From an uncultured Candidatus Poseidoniales archaeon (lineage in GTDB: Archaea > Thermoplasmatota > Poseidoniia > Poseidoniales > CAYMED01), in the NCBI GenBank assembly GCA_964389655.1, contig CAYMED010000015.1, forward strand, positions 1 through 63,211: DNA of 63,211 bases, read 5' to 3'. The position numbers and the translations under genes were made by a program. How positions within the stretch are numbered: position 1 is the first letter of the stretch; each line of letters starts with the position of its first letter. Of this stretch, positions 39,498 through 49,984 are shown one piece after another. Below the pieces are notes generated by a model that did no database searches, was not told the origin of the DNA, and was given only the letters and a program-made list of their open reading frames with translations.

Positions 39498-40229
39498 TCA
39501 CGTTTGTAGCGACACTTGGTCTACCTTCCATTCCCACCCTCCGTCATTACGGATTGTCCGTCCCCTGACGTCAAGTGGCCATCGCATGAATGGGGCATCA
39601 GTAACGCATGTTTCATACTCCCCTCCCTCCCCGTCAGGTCGAAAACGAAAGGCATCAGAGATCCCAACTAACTCGGAAATAGCATCCTGATCGAGGACAC
39701 GGCCAATCCACTCGGGGCCGAGTCCTTCAGTTGCCGAACGTGTAACTCTCGCTACAATCTTTGCTTCACAGAGATGTTGGAGATGGGATAAGGGATTGTT
39801 GTGCCATAGGGGTGCATAAGATAGAATACCTAGGCGGTCACAGAGAAGGTCGATTTTTCTTTTTTGGTAATCGCTCGCAAGTGCACCACAAACTAGAGCA
39901 TCGAAGCCAGAGACACCTTTTTTAGCGTGGGCACTGGGCTTTGGGCCACGCGTGGGTTTTATTGTTCCTTTGAAAATTTCTTTGAGAGCACGTTCTAGAT
40001 CGTCCATTTCGTTTTTTTTACGCCCATCTGTAGTAATGAGGTGCCAAGGGATTCCTGCTGAGGCTGCCTGCCACCCTGCCAGAAATACGTTAGAATGTTG
40101 GAACATCCAAGACGATGAGTTTGGTGGCTGCATGGTAATTATATCTGAAACAGTCCATCCCCGATACACGGCCCAGAGCCATGCCAAGCTGGAATCTTTT
40201 CCCCCAGATGCTAGAATCGCGACCCTCAT
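39498..40229 (-). CDS. dph6: Diphthine-ammonia ligase family PP-loop ATPase
   Basis: SGGKDS, SWMF, GALASDYQ, PLW, GEGGEYET. Confidence 0.88.
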   Translation of the reverse strand: MRVAILASGGKDSSLAWLWAVYRGWTVSDIITMQPPNSSSWMFQHSNVFLAGWQAASAGIPWHLITTDGRKKNEMDDLERALKEIFKGTIKPTRGPKPSAHAKKGVSGFDALVCGALASDYQKRKIDLLCDRLGILSYAPLWHNNPLSHLQHLCEAKIVARVTRSATEGLGPEWIGRVLDQDAISELVGISDAFRFRPDGEGGEYETCVTDAPFMRWPLDVRGRTIRNDGGWEWKVDQVSLQT

Positions 40230-40306
40230 CAGTTCACCTACAGAACTATTCTATGGTGTGCGACCTAGGGTATGGTTCAAAGAGGGCCCGCTGTTGGGCT
40301 CATGTC

Positions 40307-41029
40307 ATGCAGCCGAGTGGACGTGGCTACGATCACGGAATCACAACCTTCAGCCCAGATGGGAGATTGTTCCAAGTTGAGTATGCGCGTGAATCAGTCA
40401 AGCGTGGAACAACAACTGTTGGCCTGCGATTCCGAGATGGTGCCGTGCTTGTCGCTGACAAGCGAATCGCTAGTTCGCTTGTCTTACCCGACTCGATCGA
40501 GAAAATCTACCAAATCGATGAGCACATTGCATTTGCAACATCCGGTTTAGTTGCCGATGCCCGTGTTCTGATAGATCGTGCCAGAGTAGAGGCTCAAATC
40601 AATAGGCTGACTTACAATGAACGAATTACAACCGATGTCCTTGTCAAGCGAATTTGCGACTTTAAGCAATCCTTTACACAATATGGAGGCGTACGCCCAT
40701 TTGGCACAGCACTTTTGATTGCAGGAGTAGATGAGAACGGGACTCATCTATACGAAACAGACCCATCTGGCGCTTACCAATCTTATCGCGCAGGGGCGAT
40801 AGGCTCAGGTCGTTCTACAGCTGCAGACCATTTTGAATCATCTTGGAAGAAGAATATGACTCTAAATGCTGCGATCAAAATCGGTTTGGAGGCATTGCGT
40901 GAATCACTTGATGGTGAATTGAACAAGAGTGCAGTTGAAATTGCGTCAGTCACCTCTGCTGGTGTGAACAATCTAAGCCGTGATGACATCATCAAGCACC
41001 TTGAGAAACTCAAACCTTGGGATGCGTGA
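40307..41029 (+). CDS. psmA: Proteasome alpha subunit
   Basis: GYDHGITTFSPDGRLFQVEYARE, GGVRPFG, ETDPSG. Confidence 0.98.
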   Translation: MQPSGRGYDHGITTFSPDGRLFQVEYARESVKRGTTTVGLRFRDGAVLVADKRIASSLVLPDSIEKIYQIDEHIAFATSGLVADARVLIDRARVEAQINRLTYNERITTDVLVKRICDFKQSFTQYGGVRPFGTALLIAGVDENGTHLYETDPSGAYQSYRAGAIGSGRSTAADHFESSWKKNMTLNAAIKIGLEALRESLDGELNKSAVEIASVTSAGVNNLSRDDIIKHLEKLKPWDA

Positions 41030-41720
41030 ATTTTTGGTCAGCCTCGATGATGCAGTCGTGGCGCGACTTGATCGAATGGGGCACCGATTTGAAGTTCTAG
41101 TTGATCCCGAGGGAGTTGATGTTTGGAAACTTAACCCGGAGGCGACCGATCCAATTGATCTCCTCGCAGCAGAGGGCGTTTGGAAATCAGCACGGGATGC
41201 TGAGCGTCATTCTGATGAGATTCTTCAGAAGGCTTTTGAGACAACGGACTTATCCACAATAATTGCCAGAATTCTCCACAAGGGGGACATTCAACTCACA
41301 ACTGGACAAAGAAAGGCGAGAGTGGAGCAGAAGAGGAGGAAGGTGATCCATTACATCTCTACCGAAGCGGTAGACCCGAAAACAGGCCTTCCCCACCCAG
41401 TAACTCGTATTGAGGGCGCATTAGCGGAAGTTCGCTTTATACCGGATCCATTTACTCCAACTGAAATACTCGTTAAAGAGGCAATTTCCCTTCTAAGGCC
41501 CCTTCTCCCTCTCTCATTCGAAACGATCCGACTTGCGCTAAAAGTACCTGGAACTCAGCAATCAGCAGTCTTCCGCGTAGTCCGCACGATGATTATCGAA
41601 GAGGAATGGTTGTCGGGTGGTGAATGGGTATGTGTCGTGGAATTAGCTGCAGCGCAGAAGGGTGATTTGATGGGACGTATTGCGCGTAGTGCGCCCGACC
41701 TTGAGGTGAAAGAACTGTGA
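41022..41720 (+). CDS. Ribosome maturation factor SBDS/Sdo1
   Basis: RFEVLVDP, GDIQLT, DPKTGLPHPVTRIE; canonical position after psmA. Confidence 0.93.
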   Translation: MREFLVSLDDAVVARLDRMGHRFEVLVDPEGVDVWKLNPEATDPIDLLAAEGVWKSARDAERHSDEILQKAFETTDLSTIIARILHKGDIQLTTGQRKARVEQKRRKVIHYISTEAVDPKTGLPHPVTRIEGALAEVRFIPDPFTPTEILVKEAISLLRPLLPLSFETIRLALKVPGTQQSAVFRVVRTMIIEEEWLSGGEWVCVVELAAAQKGDLMGRIARSAPDLEVKEL

Positions 41721-41782
41721 AACGCTACTGCAACGGTTAAACGACACTCTCCGGTCGCCGGGCCGATAGAAGAGGGAATGGA

Positions 41783-42436
41783 ATGGAGATCGTCACCCCG
41801 GGTACAGTTGTTGGCACGTTGCCAATGCGCTCAGGATTTGGGACAAAGATGATTGGAGACCAAATTATTGCAACAGTTTCGGGGAGAATTCGCGAGTCCT
41901 CTAACCTAGTTGTCGTTGAATCCCTAAATAAATCCTATTTTCCCGGACTAGGGGATCTTGTTATTGCAGATGTCATTTCAGTGAGAAACAACATGTGGAT
42001 CCTTGATGTACGTGGTCCTTTTGAGGCAATTCTCCCCGCAAGTCTTGTCCCTTGGGCATCGGGATATGGACAAACCCATCATCAGATGACCCCGGGTGCT
42101 AGTGTTCTTGCCCGCATACAAGATGTTGATGAGACCATGAGGTGTGTACTTACAATGAAGGGCGCAGGACTGCGAAAACTTGTACAGGGATCAATCGTCG
42201 ATGTTCCTATTGGCAAGATAAATCGGTTGACTGGAGGGGATGTGGCACGTTTGTCCGCCCTGAAGGAAGCGGCAGATTGCCGGGCAATCGTGGGTGGAAA
42301 TGGCAGAATTTGGATCGATGGATCGTTAGATCATATTCAATGGCTTAGAGATGCGATTGTTGCAATTTCAAAGGCTAATGATGTTGGGGGTGTGTTCAGC
42401 CAATTGCTTGAATCAGCACCCTCTAGTAAACTGTGA
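41783..42436 (+). CDS. rrp4: Exosome RNA-binding subunit Rrp4
   Basis: [15 protein letters not shown] (S1), [10 protein letters not shown] (KH). Confidence 0.92.
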   Translation: MEIVTPGTVVGTLPMRSGFGTKMIGDQIIATVSGRIRESSNLVVVESLNKSYFPGLGDLVIADVISVRNNMWILDVRGPFEAILPASLVPWASGYGQTHHQMTPGASVLARIQDVDETMRCVLTMKGAGLRKLVQGSIVDVPIGKINRLTGGDVARLSALKEAADCRAIVGGNGRIWIDGSLDHIQWLRDAIVAISKANDVGGVFSQLLESAPSSKL

Positions 42437-42446
42437 GGTGAGGGAC

Positions 42447-43178
42447 ATGGGCGGCTATGGTGATGTGGAGTTATTGAGGGAAGATGGATTGCGGCTTGAT
42501 GGACGCCGTCTAGATGAATGCCGCCCAATTTCAATTGAAGCAGGTATTCTCCCTCAGGCTGATGGTTCAGCCTCAGTCCAATGGGGGCAAAATTTGGTTA
42601 TTGCTGCAGTCTATGGTCCGCAAGAAGCCCATCCTCGCAAGATTCAAAGGCAAGATCGAGCTATCGTGGACGTTCGATATAATATGGCGCCGTTTTCAAC
42701 TACCGACCGAATGCGGCCGGGATTTAATCGCCGCTCCATTGAAATCTCAAAAGTAACTGCCGAAGCACTTGAGAGCGTAGTTGAAGTCGAACGGTGGCCA
42801 AGATCCAAAATAAGTGTGGAAATTGAAGTTCTTCAGGCCGAAGCAGGTACGAGGTGCGCAGGTATTGTTGCTGCATCTGTGGCGCTTGCAGATGCGGGAA
42901 TCCCAATGGTGGATATGCTAGTCTCCATAGCGAGTGGGAAAATTGCGGGGATGGTTGTTTGTGACCTTGATCAGGTTGAAGATAACTATGGGGAGGCTGA
43001 TTTGCCGATCGCAGTAATGCCCAATCTTGGTAACTTGGTATTTATTCAGATGGATGGTGATTTGTCACCCGCTGAACTTAATCAAGCCATGGAGTATAAT
43101 CTCAATTCTACAACTGCTATTCACGCAGAGATGGTTCGAGCACTTGAGACCGCAGCAGCAAAAAGTGGTGGTGACTAA
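42447..43178 (+). CDS. rrp41: Exosome catalytic subunit Rrp41
   Basis: [36 protein letters not shown]. Confidence 0.96.
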   Translation: MGGYGDVELLREDGLRLDGRRLDECRPISIEAGILPQADGSASVQWGQNLVIAAVYGPQEAHPRKIQRQDRAIVDVRYNMAPFSTTDRMRPGFNRRSIEISKVTAEALESVVEVERWPRSKISVEIEVLQAEAGTRCAGIVAASVALADAGIPMVDMLVSIASGKIAGMVVCDLDQVEDNYGEADLPIAVMPNLGNLVFIQMDGDLSPAELNQAMEYNLNSTTAIHAEMVRALETAAAKSGGD

Positions 43179-43970
43179 ATGGGCATACCAATTGTTTCTT
43201 CCCTGTTACGTGATCAATTGAGCCAACTTGCTCAAAAGGGCCTGAGGATTAATGGAAGAAGTCGTTGGGAAGGACGGCCAATTACGCTAGAAACAGGTGT
43301 ACTTGTTCGTGCAGAGGGGAGTGCAAGAGTACAGATGGGGGATACCATTGTTCTTTCAGGTGTCAAATTTGCTTTGCGTGAGCCATGGCCCGACCGCCCA
43401 ACTCATGGGGCTCTCATGACATCAGCAGAAATCCGGCCAATTGCTGGGCCGGAATATAGTCCTGGCCCACCGACCCCCCTCGCAATTGAGTTGGGGCGTG
43501 TTGTCGATCGAGGAATCCGCGAGAGTGGATGCATCGATATGGAGTCGCTTTGTATATTACCCGGCGAAAAAGTGTGGTCAGTCAGCCTTGATTGCCATGT
43601 ACTCTCAGACCGAGGAAACATGTTTGATGCATGTGCTCTTGCTGCAATTGCGGCCTTGAGGAATGCAATTTTGCCTGCTTCAAGGTTCGACGTTGGCGAG
43701 GATGCTCCGTTATCCGTTATGAAGACGCCAACGATGTGTACTTTCGTACGAGTTGGTGGAAGATACGTTTACGATGCAGACCACCAAGAGCGACACGGAG
43801 GAGACGAACGCGTAAGTATTACATTGGGGGATGACGGGCACGTTCATTCGATGCAAAAGGGCCTAAAAGGCTCACTGTCACCTGCTGAATTTGAGGAGAT
43901 ATTCTCTCAAGCCACTGCACGCTGTGAGGAGCTCAGGAAAATCATTCATTTAGAGGGGAATAAGGCATGA
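43179..43970 (+). CDS. rrp42: Exosome subunit Rrp42
   Basis: AEGSARV, IELGRVVDRGIRES, GNMFDA, MQKG. Confidence 0.96.
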   Translation: MGIPIVSSLLRDQLSQLAQKGLRINGRSRWEGRPITLETGVLVRAEGSARVQMGDTIVLSGVKFALREPWPDRPTHGALMTSAEIRPIAGPEYSPGPPTPLAIELGRVVDRGIRESGCIDMESLCILPGEKVWSVSLDCHVLSDRGNMFDACALAAIAALRNAILPASRFDVGEDAPLSVMKTPTMCTFVRVGGRYVYDADHQERHGGDERVSITLGDDGHVHSMQKGLKGSLSPAEFEEIFSQATARCEELRKIIHLEGNKA

Positions 43971-44323
43971 GTAAGAGAACTCGAAAAGTTGGCATAGCGG
44001 CACGCTGGGGAAGTCGCTATGGGGTGAAAGTTCGCAGGAGTGCAGCTCAATCTCTCAAAAAGTCGAAGGCGTCCTATCGTTGCCCATCTTGCCATTATGA
44101 TCGAGTACGTAGAAAGTCTGCTGGTATTTGGAGATGCCATAAATGCAGTCACACATTTGCAGGTGGCGCATGGCAGCCATATACTCGTGCTAGTGAGGCG
44201 AATGCACGGATTTTGCGGCGGGCTCAAGAAGGCTCTACAACAGCAGACATGGCTCTATTGGCTAGGGAAGCGGCTCTCGCGGCTGAGCGAAGAATCGCTG
44301 AAGATAGTGAATCGGAGGAATGA
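43967..44323 (+). CDS. rpl37ae: 50S ribosomal protein L37Ae (eL43)
   Basis: KVGIAARWGSRYG, CPSC, GIWRCHKC, FAGGAW. Confidence 0.96.
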   Translation: MSKRTRKVGIAARWGSRYGVKVRRSAAQSLKKSKASYRCPSCHYDRVRRKSAGIWRCHKCSHTFAGGAWQPYTRASEANARILRRAQEGSTTADMALLAREAALAAERRIAEDSESEE

Positions 44324-44535
44324 CCACGCCATCCGCGTGGACTATTTCCCTCTGCGTTGCTGATGAGGCTAAAAAGATCGCATTTGCCGCAGTTTCAGCA
44401 GAAGATGGCTGTGTTATTGATGGGGGAAAAATCGTTTTCCGTGAGGAAAAACCACAAGACTTACGCGCTGCGTGGAATACCATCATGCGGGGTATATGTG
44501 CGGCACATAGTGCAGTAAATAGGGGTGAAAACTGA
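44320..44535 (+). CDS. pcc1: KEOPS complex subunit Pcc1-like
   Basis: DLRAAWNTIMR motif; canonical position between L37Ae and prefoldin beta. Confidence 0.75.
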   Translation: MTTPSAWTISLCVADEAKKIAFAAVSAEDGCVIDGGKIVFREEKPQDLRAAWNTIMRGICAAHSAVNRGEN

Positions 44536-44536
44536 G

Positions 44537-44863
44537 ATGCCTGATAATGTAGACCCACGTTTGCATTTACAAGCCGTTGCAAGGGATTTACAGACATTGG
44601 TTAGTCAAACATCCTCCATTGAATCGCAAATCCGAGAAATTACAGGTACACTCGCCATCCTTGAAATCCAACCCCTTGATGATGCCGTATTCAGGCAAAA
44701 AGGACCCATTCTAGTTGAGGTCTCTGACCGTGAATCAGTCACTGAAGACCTTAAAGCGACTTTAGAAACACTCCGCAGCCATAGTGAACGCCTTGCGGAA
44801 CAAATTACAGAAATGCGTTCTGAGTACGAGCGCCTTGTAGGGGTCGTGGAGTCAATTGACTGA
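44537..44863 (+). CDS. pfdB: Prefoldin beta subunit
   Basis: Coiled coil, VFRQKGPILVE beta hairpin, coiled coil; synteny. Confidence 0.88.
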   Translation: MPDNVDPRLHLQAVARDLQTLVSQTSSIESQIREITGTLAILEIQPLDDAVFRQKGPILVEVSDRESVTEDLKATLETLRSHSERLAEQITEMRSEYERLVGVVESID

Positions 44864-45848
44864 ATTAGTGGCATCAGCCACATTTGATGATTTGACGAGA
44901 TGGCTTAGCCAGAGATTGGAGGATGGCGCACTATGCATCCTAATCCCCTCCGATGGTGATTTGGATGCCGTATCATCAGCTGTTACATTAGCCCGGTTAT
45001 TGGGTCCTAGAGCACGTGCTTGTGCCACTCATCTATCTGCGCCAAGTCGCAATATTGCTGAAAAATATGGGCTTGACATACAGGTCCTTGATCCTATGAA
45101 ACCAGTTTGGCCTCGTAGTCTTAGTGGGTTGGTAGTCGTAGATTGCGGATCTTTACCTAGAGTGGGAATGAATCTCCCTGCGGTGCCAGTATGCGTGATT
45201 GACCATCACGCATCCAATAGTTGGGAGCGCGAACAAGTAAGTTTGCTTTTTTTGGGGAACCGCAGTTCAACCTGCGAAATCATATTTGAGTGGTACAAGA
45301 ATACAGGAGGCCGAGAAATAGATTCCTTAGACGCTAAATTGCTGTTATCAGGGCTTGTGGCGGATACTGGACGATTTCGGTTTGGGGATGCCCAATCACT
45401 GCAAACTGCATTTGAACTCGCCACATTAATTGATCAACCACTCCCTGAGTTCATCGAGGGCCTCTCACCACCGATTCCTAGGGAGATGGCAATTGGAACT
45501 CTAACTGCACTCTCACGTAGCCGAATTGACCAATCAGGTAAGTGGCTGGTTGGATATGCAAGAGGGGGGAGTCACGAAGGAAGAGCATGTCATGTGATGT
45601 TGACTGCTGGGGTGGACGTGGCTATCGTTACTCGAAATACGTCAGATGGTGTTCGTGTGATTGGTCGCGCATCACATGACAGTATTGGCGAGGGGATGAA
45701 TTTAGGCGCTCTTTTCCTCGCGCTTTCAGCCTCTCACAAGGGTGATGGTGGAGGGCATGCAGGTGCAGCCGGATGGACTTCTGAATTGGATGTCACTGAA
45801 GCAGAAAGTGCGGTATTAGCTGCCATTGCGTCGTGGCCAGTGGGGTGA
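44856..45848 (+). CDS. DHH/DHHA1 family phosphoesterase
   Basis: DLDA, VVVD, IDHH, DTGRF, GGGHAGAAG. Confidence 0.9.
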   Translation: MTELVASATFDDLTRWLSQRLEDGALCILIPSDGDLDAVSSAVTLARLLGPRARACATHLSAPSRNIAEKYGLDIQVLDPMKPVWPRSLSGLVVVDCGSLPRVGMNLPAVPVCVIDHHASNSWEREQVSLLFLGNRSSTCEIIFEWYKNTGGREIDSLDAKLLLSGLVADTGRFRFGDAQSLQTAFELATLIDQPLPEFIEGLSPPIPREMAIGTLTALSRSRIDQSGKWLVGYARGGSHEGRACHVMLTAGVDVAIVTRNTSDGVRVIGRASHDSIGEGMNLGALFLALSASHKGDGGGHAGAAGWTSELDVTEAESAVLAAIASWPVG

Positions 45849-45852
45849 ATTA

Positions 45853-46695
45853 ATGGCATCTTATCTCCGTGCACTAGAACTGGTGGATAAAACAGATTTG
45901 ACGTCTTCTGTTGAGGAACTCATTGAGCGTTCAAGCCTAGAAGAAATTGATATTCGAACTTTGGCCGAAGCAGCGATTGAACTGGAAAAGTTTGATATTT
46001 TCACAGCACTAACTCCTCACCTATCTGTGGCTGAAAATTGTGTACTTGAGATTTTAGATATACGCTTGGGAAAATCAGCGAGTGATCCCATGCACATCAT
46101 CGAGAAGGGACTTAAATTTGCCCGAGATCCTGCGACTAGGGACTCGCTTGTCGAGGCACGATTGCGGATTGAGAGGGGCCTCTGTCTATATGAAAAAGGA
46201 AACGTGAGTGCTGCTAGAGCTGAATTTGAATGGGCACAACATCGATTTGCAACGATCGCAGAGGGCAGTAGGGGGCATGGCCTTGCCACCCTTAACCGAA
46301 TCGCATTTCATCTTTCGATCGGGGAAGACCTTCTTGCTTTACACCTTTGCTCGGAAGTTACTCGTGATGGCCCCCATCTCACTCTCACAAAGGGCCTTGT
46401 ACGCCTTGAAGCGGGGCGAATATTGTCGGCTTATGGGAGAAATGATGAAGCACTTCGAGTCCTATGGATATCAGCACATTTGCTCATAGAGTCTGCCGCA
46501 TTCGATGCTGCTGAAACCGCCTCGCACTTGTGGTTGAAAATTGCTCGATCCTACCAAGGCCAAGCAATGGGGCAATTGGGCTTGCTTACGGGCATTGGGC
46601 CGTGCTGCGATGAAGAGGGGGTAGTATCTTCACCAATCAGCGATTTTGACCTGGAAATAATCACAAAAATCAGCAGCATCTCCAATTCACTCTGA
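45853..46695 (+). CDS. Hypothetical alpha-helical (TPR-like) protein
   Basis: Helical-repeat character; GGGGTGA before ATG 45853. Confidence 0.65.
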   Translation: MASYLRALELVDKTDLTSSVEELIERSSLEEIDIRTLAEAAIELEKFDIFTALTPHLSVAENCVLEILDIRLGKSASDPMHIIEKGLKFARDPATRDSLVEARLRIERGLCLYEKGNVSAARAEFEWAQHRFATIAEGSRGHGLATLNRIAFHLSIGEDLLALHLCSEVTRDGPHLTLTKGLVRLEAGRILSAYGRNDEALRVLWISAHLLIESAAFDAAETASHLWLKIARSYQGQAMGQLGLLTGIGPCCDEEGVVSSPISDFDLEIITKISSISNSL

Positions 46696-47076
46696 TCTTG
46701 CAATGCGGTCTCCAACATATGTGCGCAAGACGAACTCGAGTTCATGTGAGCCCCAAGCCAAAGAATAACTCGGAATTTGATGAAATACTCGTACCTCGGA
46801 AATGTGCGGATCGTCAGATTTCCAAGAGGTAATCGTTTTTGTGAGTGGTGCGTGTAGGTGTGCGATATGCCCTTTATCGCCAATTTTGATGCGCATTGAC
46901 TGAAAATCAGCTTTCAGGCCACATTCTTCTTTAACTTCTCTTAGGATTGCCTGATTTGGCACTTCATCTGAGTTGATTTTCCCCCCAGGCAATTCCCAAC
47001 CGCGAGATATGTGCTGCACCATAATCCAAGCCAATGGCTGATGTGCTGGCGTTGTAACAAGCCCCGCTACCCACAT
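46687..47076 (-). CDS. NUDIX hydrolase
   Basis: Nudix box WELPGGKINSDEVPNQAILREVKEECGL. Confidence 0.9.
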   Translation of the reverse strand: MWVAGLVTTPAHQPLAWIMVQHISRGWELPGGKINSDEVPNQAILREVKEECGLKADFQSMRIKIGDKGHIAHLHAPLTKTITSWKSDDPHISEVRVFHQIPSYSLAWGSHELEFVLRTYVGDRIARSE

Positions 47077-48104
47077 TGCAGTTCATCCTCTCCAATCTGA
47101 ATCCGTGCTTTCTGCACCCATTCCTCGGCCCAAGAATTTCCTGCTGCAAACAATCTCCTTGCCATGAGGAATGCGTGTTCGGGACGCCCTGATGCCAATA
47201 GTGCCTCTATCTCTGCACTAGGGCGCTTTTCCTGCTTCTCAGGGTGCTTATTAGCTACTTCGATGAGTGGTTTTTCCTTGATGGAAATTGACGATGCTAA
47301 CCGCTCTAACCGCTCCAGATAAGCAATTCTTGCACTATCAGTTGGGGGTGCAGGTGTATTCTCCCCTAACCCCCGAACAAGGCGGTTTCTAAATGCAATC
47401 AGGTATTCTCTCTCTGGGCGCAATGCTGTCGCCTGATCCCAAGCGAGCCAAGCATGATCCCATGACTGCATACGTTCATGATGTCGCGCCAAATCAACCC
47501 ACAATTCGAAATTAGTGGGCCTATGTGCTAGTAGATGATTAGCTAGGCGTTCATAGAGTTCAGCCCTCCCGCTTCTTCTAACACGCTCAAGGCGACGTGC
47601 GTACAGAATGTTAGCGCGTTGATCACGTAAATCCAATAGAAGACAACGTCGCTCAAATCTTCCCAATCTCGCATCTACATCCCCTGACCTTGCCATGGCA
47701 GCCCACCACATATCTGCGTCCAATGGGTCTCGCTCGAGTGCAGCATCCACCAGTGGTGCCGATGTTGGACCTAATTGAGTCATATTTAGGGCGGCAAGTG
47801 AATCGGGGTCCCTTCCTAGAACAGTAAATAGATCTTCGAGCAATACACGCACTTTTTCAGTATCCCCCTCGCAACTAATTACGGAGAGAAGCGTTTTCCA
47901 AGCCCGCTCATTCGTGAAATCATGCAATATTGCCTGCCTTGCAGCTTGCTCAGCCCATTCTAGGGTAGTGGCTGAGCGGTCGGGATCTCGTGCAGCTAAT
48001 TGCAGGAATTTATCTGCCTGCGCGCGTTGACGCTCGCTAAGGCTTCTGCGTGGATGGTCGACTTGCTCGCGCAGGCCAGAAGAATCACCATGCCGCCCTT
48101 CCAT
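47067..48104 (-). CDS. Hypothetical TPR-like protein
   Basis: Helical repeats (PTNFELWVDLARHHE..AWDQATALRP). Confidence 0.7.
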   Translation of the reverse strand: MEGRHGDSSGLREQVDHPRRSLSERQRAQADKFLQLAARDPDRSATTLEWAEQAARQAILHDFTNERAWKTLLSVISCEGDTEKVRVLLEDLFTVLGRDPDSLAALNMTQLGPTSAPLVDAALERDPLDADMWWAAMARSGDVDARLGRFERRCLLLDLRDQRANILYARRLERVRRSGRAELYERLANHLLAHRPTNFELWVDLARHHERMQSWDHAWLAWDQATALRPEREYLIAFRNRLVRGLGENTPAPPTDSARIAYLERLERLASSISIKEKPLIEVANKHPEKQEKRPSAEIEALLASGRPEHAFLMARRLFAAGNSWAEEWVQKARIQIGEDELQCG

Positions 48105-48152
48105 ACGTGCCGGTCTATCTCCATGATTAGTAGACTATTGCTATTTTGCGTC

Positions 48153-49427
48153 CTAAATGTGTCGAATGAACTCAGACCTATCCGCATCAGGAGGGATGGT
48201 TGCATCAATTCCCACTTTTGCCGTAATCCCCTCAGCAGACCTTGAAGGGTCTAGACTTGATCCTCGTAAACCTGACATGATGTGCCAATCACGATCTGCC
48301 TGACTTCGCGTCTGAACCGCCCAATCTACCGCATCATGGTCCTTTACATCGACATCGTCATCGACAATTACGACTTGTTTCATAGAGGGATGTCCGCGGA
48401 AAGAGGCAGCGATTGCATCTTTTACCTGACTTTTGGTGGGCCTACGCAGTGAAATAACACCGGACAACCAACCACTTCCGCCACCTGAAAGGTGAAGGTC
48501 GGTGACTTCAGCGACCTTTTCCACTTCTCTGAGAATCATGGGGAGCCTTGGAAGGCCCATGAGTGTCTGATGTTCGGCACCCCCTGACACAAGAGCATGC
48601 AGAATGGGATTATTACGGTGCCATGTGTCATGGAATCTTATGAGCGGCTGTTTCCGTAATCTGTCTGCCGTGCCCGTAATGTCCACGTATGGACCCTCAT
48701 CCTCATCGTGACACGTGATTTCTGCTTCAAATGCCACTTCACAATCGGCAGGTACACGAATTCCATTAGAGAGGCGTACAAGCCGCAGAGGTTGACCCAA
48801 TAGATTGTGCATTAGATGTGCAGCAACTTCCATTTCATCTCGCCCAAATTCAAATGAAATCGCAGCGGCGAGTAAAATGATTGGATCCGGTCCGAGGAGC
48901 ACTGCAATTGGCGTCGAATCGCCCCTTTCCCTCCTTTCGTGGACGATCTTGTGCAAATGCCTTGGCACTAGCCGAGCAGTAACTTCATCCTTCCCTCGAA
49001 TGAGCATGCGATGAAAGGACGTGTTACGAATGCCATCGACTTCGACTTGAACAATTGCACCTGAGAGATAGGGCCCTGCGTCTATTTGGTAGGCGTGAGG
49101 AATGGGCAATGAGGTTAGATCAGTTTCTGACTTGTTTTCGCAAACTTTTGCCTCTGCACGATCTACTTCTACGATAGGGATTGCCTCCTTGGCCACTATG
49201 GCGGCTTGCAAATTCCGGACCAGCTCCAAGCCAGTCAACCCCGTCCGTTTCTCAAGAGCCACAATGGTTCCTCCATTCGACCCCACACGCCACCCGCTTG
49301 GACTATCAACTGCAGTAAACAAGAGGGGCTGACTCCCATATTTGCGGATTGATTGGCTCAATTCGAGGATAGGGCTAATTGGCTCATCAATGGTCACCGC
49401 TTCCGCCAGCGCATCTCGCAACCCCAT
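48153..49427 (-). CDS. UbiD-family prFMN decarboxylase, probably trans-anhydromevalonate-phosphate decarboxylase
   Basis: DAGPY, NTSFHRM, RLVPRHL, EGPYVDITGT, HPSMKQVVIVDDD, GSSLDPS, KVGIDAT; start refined to ATG 49427. Confidence 0.85.
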   Translation of the reverse strand: MGLRDALAEAVTIDEPISPILELSQSIRKYGSQPLLFTAVDSPSGWRVGSNGGTIVALEKRTGLTGLELVRNLQAAIVAKEAIPIVEVDRAEAKVCENKSETDLTSLPIPHAYQIDAGPYLSGAIVQVEVDGIRNTSFHRMLIRGKDEVTARLVPRHLHKIVHERRERGDSTPIAVLLGPDPIILLAAAISFEFGRDEMEVAAHLMHNLLGQPLRLVRLSNGIRVPADCEVAFEAEITCHDEDEGPYVDITGTADRLRKQPLIRFHDTWHRNNPILHALVSGGAEHQTLMGLPRLPMILREVEKVAEVTDLHLSGGGSGWLSGVISLRRPTKSQVKDAIAASFRGHPSMKQVVIVDDDVDVKDHDAVDWAVQTRSQADRDWHIMSGLRGSSLDPSRSAEGITAKVGIDATIPPDADRSEFIRHI

Positions 49428-49491
49428 TGGATAACGGGGTGTGCTGGGGGTCATGAACGTACAGGTATGAGGCTCCTTGCCTCCCGACATC

Positions 49492-49520
49492 ATGATATAG
49501 CCTCCCCAAGTCGCCGGCTT
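49492..49520 (+). promoter_or_regulatory. Putative rps12 promoter: TATA-like box + GTCGCCGGCTT element
   Basis: ATGATATAG (49492) CCTCCCCAA GTCGCCGGCTT (49510), ATG at 49535. Confidence 0.55.
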
Positions 49521-49534
49521 GCTCGGGAATCATC

Positions 49535-49975
49535 ATGGGTCGTGGACTATTCGCTGGAGCGAAGATGAAGCGTGATCGTCAAAAGTTTCGTTGGTCCGAT
49601 CGACGCTATAAAAAGCGAGAGGAAAAACGTAGAGCTGGCGGTGTTCTCAAGCACGACCCACTCCGTGGAAGTACCCAAGGCAAGGGCATAGTGATTGAGA
49701 AAGTGGGGATCGAGGCGAAACAGCCGAATTCTGGAATTAGAAAGGCAGTAAAAATCAGCCTCATCCGCACAGGTAACAAACTGACTGCCTTCGCACCAGG
49801 GGATGGGGCAATCAATTTCATCGATGAGCATGACGAAGTCCTCGTTGAGGGTATTGGCGGTCGCATGGGGCGATCATATGGGGATATCCCCGGAGTTCGT
49901 TACAAGGTGATTCAAGTCAATGGTGTCTCGCTTGATGAGATGGTACGGGGGCGGAAAGAGAAACCCGTACGCTGA
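49535..49975 (+). CDS. rps12: 30S ribosomal protein S12 (uS12, archaeal type)
   Basis: [33 protein letters not shown]. Confidence 0.98.
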   Translation: MGRGLFAGAKMKRDRQKFRWSDRRYKKREEKRRAGGVLKHDPLRGSTQGKGIVIEKVGIEAKQPNSGIRKAVKISLIRTGNKLTAFAPGDGAINFIDEHDEVLVEGIGGRMGRSYGDIPGVRYKVIQVNGVSLDEMVRGRKEKPVR

Positions 49976-49984
49976 GGTGAAATC

